Assembly (NCBI GenBank): GCA_035438985.1
Contig: DAORJK010000014.1
Coordinates: 12,504-76,503 of the forward strand
Origin: Bacteroidia bacterium
GTDB lineage: Bacteria > Bacteroidota > Bacteroidia > UBA4408
DNA length: 64,000 bases
Direction of reading: 5' to 3'
The translations under genes and the position numbers were made by a program. Below are positions 56,572 to 64,000 of the stretch, in pieces. Within the stretch, counting starts at the first letter, position 1. The number at the start of each line of letters is the position of its first letter. The notes under the pieces were generated by a model, which ran no database searches, had not been told where the DNA came from, and saw nothing but the letters and a program-made list of their open reading frames with translations.

Positions 56572-59436
56572 ATGAAAAAACTAACCCTATTCGCTTGTTT
56601 AACATGCTTGTGTCTGAGCTCTATTGCACAGTTTAAAACACCTCATTATATTTCTAATTCCCGTGTGTTTAAATTATCTCCACTGGTAGCTGATAAAGAT
56701 TATAAACCGGCAACAATAGTATTTAAAATTAAACCTGCCTACCGCAATAGTTGCACTAAAAATAGTGTCCAAATTTCTGCTATCAATGCAGTGTTAAATT
56801 CAATAGGAGCAATTAATCTGCACAAAATTTTTCCATTTCACAAAGCTCCTGAACAACCAAAAAATGCACAAGGATTCGCTTATGCCGATTTATCTATGAT
56901 GTATGAATTCAACTACACATCAAATTTATCTGTTGAAGCTGTTGCCAACAAATTACTCAAAACAGGCTACTTCGATTTTGCAGAACCACATTACGTTCCT
57001 ACGATTTCTTATCAACCAAACGACCCGATGGCTACTACCACAGGCCAATATCACTTAAATAAAATTAAAGCCTATACTGCTTGGGATATTACAAAAGGCG
57101 ACACCAATGTGGTAATTGGTATTACCGATAGTGGAACCGAGCTTACACATCCTGATTTATCCGGAAATATAAAATACAATTACAACGATCCAATTGACGG
57201 TATTGATAATGATGGCGATAGTTTAATTGACAATTTCAATGGATGGGATGTAGGAATGAACGACAACAATCCCAACTGGCAAGGTGATCCGCATGGTGTA
57301 CACGTGTGTGGGCTTGCTGCCGCGTCAACCGACAACCTTACCGGAGTTGCAGGTGTTGGTTTCAACTGCAAGTTTTTACCGGTTAAAATTGCAAATGCGA
57401 ACGGTGATTTAATTGCTGCTTATGAAGGAATCGTATATGCAGCAGATCATGGATGTAGCATTATTAATTGCTCCTGGGGCGGATCCGGCGGAGGTTCTTT
57501 TGGTCAAAGTGTAATCGATTATGCAACCATCAATAAAAATGCTTTGGTCGTTTGCGCGGCGGGCAACGACAATGTTTCAACCGATCATTTTCCTTCTGCT
57601 TACAATTATGCATTTAGTGTTGCTTCAACCACTTCTACCGATAACAAATCTTCTTTTTCAAATTATGGAAACAGTGTTGATGTATGTGCTCCAGGAAGCA
57701 ACGTAAAATCAACTTATTCAGGTGGCACCTATGTTAACAACAGTGGTACATCTATGGCTTCTCCGGTTGCTGCTGGTGGAGCGGCACTTATTAAATGCAT
57801 GTTTCCAAATTATACCGGACTGCAAATTGGAGAACAACTAAAATCAACTTGCGATGCTATTAATGTGTCTGTTTCTGGATTTTATGCAGGTAAGTTAGGA
57901 AAAGGTAGAATCAATTTATTTCAGGGAACTACGAATGTTAATGCAAAATCCGTTACCATGACTGCTCGTCATATTACAGACGCGAACGACGAGGTATTTG
58001 TAGGCAACGATACACTTCAAATTACCGGCGATTTTGTAAACTTTTTGGCGCCTTTAACTAATCTCACCATAAACCTTAGTACTACTTCTACTTATGTTTC
58101 TATAATCAATCCAAGCATGCCCGTTGGGCCAATGACTACCTTGCAACAAATCAACAATAATTTTAATCCCTTTCTGGTAATTGTTAATCCAAGCGCTCCT
58201 GCAAATTCAGTTGTAACCTTTAAGCTTAATTTTACGGATGGTACATATACGTTTAACTATTACTTTGATGTAGTTATTAATGTTGATTATATCAACGTTA
58301 CAGTGAATGATATATCAACATCCATAACCAGTAAAGGTCGTATAGGATTTAATACCGATGGTCAATTAGATGGTTTAGGTTTTAGATATAAAAATAGTCG
58401 TCAATTATTGTACGAGGCCGGTTTAATGATTGGAAATAATTCGGCAGCTGTTTCAGATATGGTGCGGGGCACAACTGCCGGTATTGCCGATGAAGACTTC
58501 GGAAGCAGTCAAGCAGTAAGTCGTCAAATTCCAACTGTATTTTCCGACTTTGATTTACACGGATTCTTTACTGATAATCCTGCAACTTCTCCTATTGGTT
58601 TAAATGTAAAACACAAAGCATTTGCATGGAATACTCCGGGACATACAAAGTATGTAATTGTGGAATATACTATTACCAATAAATCGGCGGCAACTTTTAA
58701 CTCACTTTATGCAGGAATTTTTGCCGATTGGGATATAGATGATTCAACATTCGCTAGCAATCGTGCAGCTTTTGATGCTGCAAATAAAATGGGCTACGCT
58801 TATTACAGTGGTGCTAATGGTTTGTACGCTGGTATTAAATTGCTGAGCAATACAGCCCCTGCCGTGCATTACGCAATTGATAATGTTACCGGCGGAAGCG
58901 GCGGAGTTGATTTAAACAATGGCGGTTATTCAGAAACTGAAAAGTACACCACGCTTAGTACCAATCGTGCAAATGCCGGTGTGGCCGGAGCTGGAGCCGA
59001 TATTTGTGATGTTGTGAGTAGTGGTCCTTTTGTTATTAGTCCAAACGACAGTGTGGTGGTTGCTTTTGCATTGTTGGCTGGTGATAGCCTTGCAGATCTG
59101 CAATTGTCAGCAGCGAATGCACAAGTTCAATACGATTCATTATATCCACTAGCTATTAATGAAACTGTTGCGAACACACATTCCTATTTTAGCATGTATC
59201 CCAATCCTGCCAACGAAAATATTCGAATCGAATTTAAGAATGAGCAAGTTCAACCATTAAGCATACAACTTAAAAACACAATAGGCCAAACGGTAAAATC
59301 ATTTGATTATGGATCTCAAAATGTTGGAGTAGTTAAGTTAACTATTTCGACCGCTAATCTTACTTCTGGAGTGTATTTTTGCGAGGTTAAAACTGCTGAT
59401 AAAACCAGCATGCAAAAAATTATTATTCGCAAGTAA
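56572..59436 (+). CDS. S8 family serine peptidase (subtilase) with type-A T9SS C-terminal sorting domain
   Basis: 954 aa. Signal peptide. Catalytic triad contexts are present: D (GITDSGTELTHPDL), H (HGVHVCGLAAA), S (GTSMASPVAAGGAAL). Type-A CTD (YFSMYPNPANENIRIEF...GVYFCEVKTADKTSMQKIIIRK). Confidence 0.85.
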   Translation: MKKLTLFACLTCLCLSSIAQFKTPHYISNSRVFKLSPLVADKDYKPATIVFKIKPAYRNSCTKNSVQISAINAVLNSIGAINLHKIFPFHKAPEQPKNAQGFAYADLSMMYEFNYTSNLSVEAVANKLLKTGYFDFAEPHYVPTISYQPNDPMATTTGQYHLNKIKAYTAWDITKGDTNVVIGITDSGTELTHPDLSGNIKYNYNDPIDGIDNDGDSLIDNFNGWDVGMNDNNPNWQGDPHGVHVCGLAAASTDNLTGVAGVGFNCKFLPVKIANANGDLIAAYEGIVYAADHGCSIINCSWGGSGGGSFGQSVIDYATINKNALVVCAAGNDNVSTDHFPSAYNYAFSVASTTSTDNKSSFSNYGNSVDVCAPGSNVKSTYSGGTYVNNSGTSMASPVAAGGAALIKCMFPNYTGLQIGEQLKSTCDAINVSVSGFYAGKLGKGRINLFQGTTNVNAKSVTMTARHITDANDEVFVGNDTLQITGDFVNFLAPLTNLTINLSTTSTYVSIINPSMPVGPMTTLQQINNNFNPFLVIVNPSAPANSVVTFKLNFTDGTYTFNYYFDVVINVDYINVTVNDISTSITSKGRIGFNTDGQLDGLGFRYKNSRQLLYEAGLMIGNNSAAVSDMVRGTTAGIADEDFGSSQAVSRQIPTVFSDFDLHGFFTDNPATSPIGLNVKHKAFAWNTPGHTKYVIVEYTITNKSAATFNSLYAGIFADWDIDDSTFASNRAAFDAANKMGYAYYSGANGLYAGIKLLSNTAPAVHYAIDNVTGGSGGVDLNNGGYSETEKYTTLSTNRANAGVAGAGADICDVVSSGPFVISPNDSVVVAFALLAGDSLADLQLSAANAQVQYDSLYPLAINETVANTHSYFSMYPNPANENIRIEFKNEQVQPLSIQLKNTIGQTVKSFDYGSQNVGVVKLTISTANLTSGVYFCEVKTADKTSMQKIIIRK

Positions 59437-59456
59437 TCAATAAAGTAAAAACGGAG

Positions 59457-62015
59457 CTACGATTTGATGTATCGAAAAATTGTAGCACTGTTTTCTCCAA
59501 CTAGTTTAATCAAATAATATCCATTAGCTAATTGCCGCGTATCCATTCGATAATTTAAATTACGTCCATTAACAAGGATACTATGTTCCTTTACCACTTT
59601 ACCTAAACTGTTGCTTAGTTGCAATTGATAAGTCCCTGAAGGTATTTCACTAGCTTGAAAAAGTAATTGTTCATTAACAGCATCTATTTTCATACTTAAA
59701 TCAGCAGATAAATTTGCAGGCTGTATACCGATGCTGGTATTTACCGAAACTACTACCGAATCACTCTTGTAACATCCGTTAATATCAGTAACAGTAACAA
59801 CATAGGTGGTATTCGATGATGGATTTGCGATGGGGTTGGCAATTGTAGCAGAATTCAATCCAGTTGAAGGATACCAACTGTAAATAAACGGTGGGAATCC
59901 GGAAGCTGTAGGACTACCTCCAATTACTGTAGAATCACCAAGTACTATTAAAACGTCGGTACCTGCATCAATAACAGGATTTGCCTGCCCAACAGAATCA
60001 AAGGCTGTTCCTATGCAACCATTTGCATCGTAAACGGTAACTGAGTAATTACCAGAACTTAGTCCGTTTATTGAATTAGCATGAGACCCGGTGCTCCATG
60101 TATAAGCATAATTTAATGAATCATTACATACACCAAAACGAATATTCGGTCGAGTAAAAGTAGAGGCAGAAATACTTGGACCCGGCACCCATGAACATAT
60201 ACTACTACTATCTTTTGCAAGATAAACAGTCGATTTAAACGGCATAGTTGTGCAATAAACAGGTGAGTTAAAAGTACTTACTGTATCTGCAAAGCAAAAC
60301 TGAACAATTAAGCTGGTTGTTCCATTCCACTGAAATGGACTAGAAAAGAAAAATGTATTCCAACCGGGGCTAATTGAAATATCTTGCGGCCCAAATACAG
60401 TTTGTAAACCAGATTGCAAAACGGTCAATGAACCTACATTGGGAATAGCTTTAATTTGAACTTGAAAATTTCGATAAGTACTGGTCCCATTAATAGAAGC
60501 AACATTTAAGGCTACTGAACTAATTTTACCAGAATTAAATCCAAGCGCCTGCATTTCACTTTGATGAAAAAACACTTGATGCTTGGCCGATTTTTTTGAA
60601 TTCCCAAAAGGTGCAGGATATTGTGTACTGGGAGGAACAACGGTTCCATTTCCAATGGTGATACTATAATTTGCTCCACAGGTAAATGGAATACCTCCAC
60701 TTACATTTAAACTTATTGAACCGTCGCTAGCCCCATTGCACGAAGTACCTGTTGTTGTAGGTGCTACTGTAATTTGAGTTGGCTCAGTGATGGTAAATGG
60801 AATATTAGCACTATAATTAGAAGCATCGGTTATGGTTACAGAGTAATTTCCAGCACATACATTATTTATTGAATTACTTGTAACTCCATTACTCCAAGAA
60901 TAGGTGTAAGAAGAATTACATCCGGGACTCACACTAATTGATCCATCGCAAAGTCCATAACAAGAAACATTGCTTTGACTAATAACTGAGCCAAAAATAC
61001 TAGGAACACAACCGTTTGAAAACAGCAATAATTGACGCGGAAACGATAAAAAAGTAGTGCGCATAGCTGTCTTTTGGTCTGGGGTAAAACGATCTCGTTG
61101 CGTACATGAACTCATAAAATTAAAGCGCGAATTATCCCAGTTTCCGGTTGTGGTGCAAGAATTAATTGTACCACAATCAGTTTGCTTGTGAGGCGGCGTA
61201 TCGCAAATTTTATCTCCATCAACTGAACAAGATATATCGGCAGGACAAACTACCCCACCAAAATCACCTTCATAAGTATGCAACAAATTAAATCCATGAC
61301 CTACCTCGTGTGTTAAAGTGGTTGAAGTTCCGTTCATTGCTGATGCTAGTATTACACAACCATCGTATGGATCGCCGGTGGGTGGAGTAGCATATCCTTG
61401 TGTGAGTGAAGAGGAACACTCTATTAAATTTACCACCCAAATATTGTAATAGTAATAGGTCGACCAGCTACTCAAATTTTTTACAACATATTCATCAGCA
61501 GCACCACAACTATTGTTTTGTGAAATTCCTTTTAGTGTATAATTTGGAACTCCGGATGCGTTTACCCGAACAATACCGTTACTTGGACATCCGTTAGGAT
61601 CACGGCTTGCTAAACAAAATTCTATTTCTGTGTCGGTTCCAATGCCGTTTACACCTCTGAAATTGGCCGTCAAGTTTGCAATCGCTGCCTGTATTTGAGC
61701 ATCACTTATATTGGTTCCGGTACCAACCGCTTCTCCATTATGCAAAACATGCACAACTACCGAAACTGTATACACCTGATTCGCCTTTTCTTCTGAATGC
61801 TGTAGTCCGTTAACAAGATTATTATTAAAATGATCGGGAAGTATGCTGTTTACAGGAATTTCATTTTTCTGAATTCCTCCTTTTGAATTCAAATAATTTT
61901 GATGTGAATTAAACCCGCAATTTTCCTGAGCATCGGCTGTAAAAAACAACAGAAGCAATGCACATGAAATTATTTTTTTTCGAATAAAGGTTATCACTTT
62001 GTAAAGTTTCATCAT
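59457..62015 (-). CDS. M43 (pappalysin/cytophagalysin)-like zinc metalloprotease with SprB repeats and type-A T9SS CTD
   Basis: 852 aa. Signal peptide. Zinc motif HEVGHGFNLLHT followed by the Cys-rich ...CDTPPH region typical of the M43B metzincins. SprB-type repeats (CYGLCDGSISV...YTYSWSNG...CAGNYSVTITD). C-terminal tail (GTYQLQLSNSLGKVV...GYYLIKLVGENSATIFRYIKS). Confidence 0.7.
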   Translation of the reverse strand: MMKLYKVITFIRKKIISCALLLLFFTADAQENCGFNSHQNYLNSKGGIQKNEIPVNSILPDHFNNNLVNGLQHSEEKANQVYTVSVVVHVLHNGEAVGTGTNISDAQIQAAIANLTANFRGVNGIGTDTEIEFCLASRDPNGCPSNGIVRVNASGVPNYTLKGISQNNSCGAADEYVVKNLSSWSTYYYYNIWVVNLIECSSSLTQGYATPPTGDPYDGCVILASAMNGTSTTLTHEVGHGFNLLHTYEGDFGGVVCPADISCSVDGDKICDTPPHKQTDCGTINSCTTTGNWDNSRFNFMSSCTQRDRFTPDQKTAMRTTFLSFPRQLLLFSNGCVPSIFGSVISQSNVSCYGLCDGSISVSPGCNSSYTYSWSNGVTSNSINNVCAGNYSVTITDASNYSANIPFTITEPTQITVAPTTTGTSCNGASDGSISLNVSGGIPFTCGANYSITIGNGTVVPPSTQYPAPFGNSKKSAKHQVFFHQSEMQALGFNSGKISSVALNVASINGTSTYRNFQVQIKAIPNVGSLTVLQSGLQTVFGPQDISISPGWNTFFFSSPFQWNGTTSLIVQFCFADTVSTFNSPVYCTTMPFKSTVYLAKDSSSICSWVPGPSISASTFTRPNIRFGVCNDSLNYAYTWSTGSHANSINGLSSGNYSVTVYDANGCIGTAFDSVGQANPVIDAGTDVLIVLGDSTVIGGSPTASGFPPFIYSWYPSTGLNSATIANPIANPSSNTTYVVTVTDINGCYKSDSVVVSVNTSIGIQPANLSADLSMKIDAVNEQLLFQASEIPSGTYQLQLSNSLGKVVKEHSILVNGRNLNYRMDTRQLANGYYLIKLVGENSATIFRYIKS

Positions 62016-62121
62016 TGCCCTGTAAGTAATTGTTCGATTTATTGCTATAAAAATACTGAAAGTTTTTCAAGAACTTTGGTAAAGTGCCTTACATTTCTAT
62101 CAATACCAACGAATGCAAAAA

Positions 62122-62150
62122 GCCACTTAACGGATGGCTAAGTGGCTTTT
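62122..62150 (-). terminator. Rho-independent terminator downstream of accC
   Basis: Hairpin GCCACTTA-(9-nt loop)-TAAGTGGC with an 8-bp perfect stem, flanked by A5 on the plus strand (U5 after the hairpin on the minus-strand transcript) and T4 on the other side. Lies 18 nt after the accC stop. Confidence 0.55.
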
Positions 62151-62167
62151 AACTAAAACTAAATATG

Positions 62168-63508
62168 CTATTCAGTTAAATCAAATGTTTCTAAAAATTT
62201 GGTGGTATAATCACCTTTGATAAATTGTTCGTCGCGCATGAGTCGCAAGTGAAAAGGAATCGTAGTTTTAACTCCTTCAATAACAAATTCGCTTAATGCA
62301 CGCACCATCTTTGCAATTGCCTCTTCTCGTGTTTGTGCTATGGTAATTAATTTTGCAATCATACTATCGTAATTGGGAGGTATGGTATATCCGGCATAAA
62401 CATGCGTATCTACACGAATACCATGGCCTCCAGGAGTATGTAGATTGGTAATTTTACCAGGTGAAGGTCTAAAATTATTAAAGGGATCTTCTGCATTGAT
62501 GCGGCATTCAATGGCATGCAATTGAGGGAAATAATTTTTTCCTGAGATGGGTGTTCCTGCTGCCACTAATATTTGCTCTCGTATTAAATCGTAATTTATT
62601 ACTTCTTCCGTTATGGGATGTTCCACTTGAATACGGGTATTCATTTCCATGAAATAAAAATTACGGTGCTTGTCAACCAAAAACTCAACCGTTCCAACAC
62701 CTTCATAATTAACTGCTAAAGCTGCCTTAATTGCGGCAGCACCCATTTTATCCCGTAACTCGTCGGTCATAAATGGTGAAGGGGTTTCTTCAGCCAATTT
62801 CTGATGTCTACGTTGAATAGAACAATCGCGCTCTGATAAATGGCAAGCCTTCCCATATTGATCACCAACAATCTGAATTTCAATATGACGTGGCTCTTCA
62901 ATGTACTTTTCCATGTACATACCATCGTTTCCAAAGGCTGCCCCGGCTTCCTGTCTGGCACTATCCCACAACGATTGCAAATCCTCTTCTTTCCAAACGA
63001 TGCGCATTCCTCGTCCACCACCACCTGCAGTTGCTTTGAGTATAACTGGATATTTTATTTTTTTGGCAATTTGTTTAGCTTCTTCTATATCGCTAAGTAA
63101 GCCCTCTGAACCAGGAATGGTAGGAACTCCGGCTTTCTTCATCGTATCCTTTGCAGATGACTTATCTCCCATACCGTCAATCATGGCAGGAGATGCACCA
63201 ATAAACTTAATGTTGTGTTCGCCACAAATGCGCGAAAACTTTGCATTTTCACTTAAAAAACCATACCCGGGATGAATTGCATCGGCATTGGTTATTTCAG
63301 CTGCTGAAATAATGTTCGGAATATTCAAATATGAATCTTTACTGGCGGGGGGGCCAATACACACTGCCTCATCAGCAAAACGCACATGTAAACTGTCTTT
63401 ATCGGCCGTAGAGTATACTGCAACTGTTTTTATACCCATTTCTTTACAGGTACGTATCACGCGTAAAGCAATTTCTCCTCTATTGGCAATTAGTATTTTA
63501 TTAAACAT
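62168..63508 (-). CDS. accC: Acetyl-CoA carboxylase biotin carboxylase subunit
   Basis: 446 aa. N-terminus [29 protein letters not shown]-grasp motifs. Very strong textbook similarity pattern. Confidence 0.92.
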   Translation of the reverse strand: MFNKILIANRGEIALRVIRTCKEMGIKTVAVYSTADKDSLHVRFADEAVCIGPPASKDSYLNIPNIISAAEITNADAIHPGYGFLSENAKFSRICGEHNIKFIGASPAMIDGMGDKSSAKDTMKKAGVPTIPGSEGLLSDIEEAKQIAKKIKYPVILKATAGGGGRGMRIVWKEEDLQSLWDSARQEAGAAFGNDGMYMEKYIEEPRHIEIQIVGDQYGKACHLSERDCSIQRRHQKLAEETPSPFMTDELRDKMGAAAIKAALAVNYEGVGTVEFLVDKHRNFYFMEMNTRIQVEHPITEEVINYDLIREQILVAAGTPISGKNYFPQLHAIECRINAEDPFNNFRPSPGKITNLHTPGGHGIRVDTHVYAGYTIPPNYDSMIAKLITIAQTREEAIAKMVRALSEFVIEGVKTTIPFHLRLMRDEQFIKGDYTTKFLETFDLTE

Positions 63509-63580
63509 AGCTCTTTGTATAAGAATTATCCAATGACTCAGTAAAGAGTCATGCTGTAATCACTTTTTTTGAATCGGATA

Positions 63581-64000
63581 TTAAGAAGGGTCAACCAAAA
63601 ATAACGGTTGGTCGTATTCAACCGGAGAGGAGTCTTCAACCAACACTTTCACAATTTTGCCTGAAACTTCTGATTCAATTTCATTAAACAACTTCATTGC
63701 TTCAATAATACAAGTTGTTTTACCCGGTTTTATTTCATCTCCTACATTAACAAAAACAGGCTTTCCAGGGCCGGCAGAACGGTAAAATGTTCCAATCATC
63801 GGAGATTTTATAGCAATGTATTTTGACTCATTGGAAACTGCCGGTGCCGGGCTTGATGGGGCTGCGGCAATAACAGGAGCGGGTGCAACAGGCATAGCTA
63901 TTGGTGCAGCTAGTGGAGCAGCTGCATGAATTACAGTTGTTTCGCCACGGTATGCATCATTTCCGTTACCTGTTTTTATTACAATTTTAAACCCTTTACT
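63581..64000 (-). CDS. accB: Acetyl-CoA carboxylase biotin carboxyl carrier protein (5' end beyond the window)
   Basis: Biotinyl-lysine motif CIIEAMKLFNEIESE in the C-terminal lipoyl-like domain, with an Ala/Pro-rich linker upstream. The reading frame stays open upstream of the track's ATG at 63895 (...SKGFKIVIKTGNGNDAYRGETTVIHAAAPLAAPIAMPVAP...) to the window edge, so the true start lies outside the window. Confidence 0.85.
   Translation of the reverse strand, partial: SKGFKIVIKTGNGNDAYRGETTVIHAAAPLAAPIAMPVAPAPVIAAAPSSPAPAVSNESKYIAIKSPMIGTFYRSAGPGKPVFVNVGDEIKPGKTTCIIEAMKLFNEIESEVSGKIVKVLVEDSSPVEYDQPLFLVDPS

Noticed and set aside
1-64000. Mobile elements, prophage, integrons, tRNA/rRNA/tmRNA
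   Set aside because: No transposase, integrase, recombinase or phage-structural-like ORFs, and no terminal inverted repeats noticed. Intergenic regions are all under ~310 bp and show no tRNA cloverleaf candidates.

Overview
This window reads as AT-rich chromosomal DNA (GC roughly 40% by eye) from a Bacteroidota organism that has a type IX secretion system (T9SS). About 38 protein-coding genes cover nearly all of it. I found no rRNA, tRNA, CRISPR array, transposase or integrase.

Housekeeping genes are recognisable from textbook motifs: recJ, mfd, uvrC, lysS, gpsA, accB/accC, fbp, feoAB, manC, an aminotransferase and an Hsp20.

Interleaved with these is an unusually dense set of T9SS cargo genes, eight in total:
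- A 10.3-kb single ORF (11070-21416) encodes a giant surface protein of roughly 3450 aa, with about 38 tandem SprB-type repeats and a type-B T9SS C-terminal domain. Its PorP/SprF-family partner gene lies 4 nt downstream.
- An S8 subtilase and an M43-like zinc metalloprotease both carry T9SS tails and sit convergently.
- A beta-propeller protein carries an array of about 13 small two-cysteine modules. Two of those modules are a near-identical 156-bp tandem duplication.
- A GEVED-domain protein carries putative carbohydrate-binding-like repeats.
- A DUF4886/SGNH-like plus PKD protein and a pair of small tandem paralogues complete the set.

Other features: a very large alpha-2-macroglobulin homologue with an intact CSEQ thioester motif and no pbpC neighbour; a sensor histidine kinase with no response regulator nearby; a TPR-TM-SpoIIE/PP2C phosphatase; and several hypothetical outer-membrane or membrane proteins.

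I could not identify a defined novel multi-gene system such as a phage-defence operon. The items most worth follow-up are the giant adhesin/SprF cassette, the cysteine-module array with its recent tandem duplication, the isolated thioester A2M, and the uncharacterised tandem paralogue pair.

Several ORF-track starts are TTG or GTG artefacts. Where a downstream ATG or GTG gives a clean signal peptide, I moved the start.
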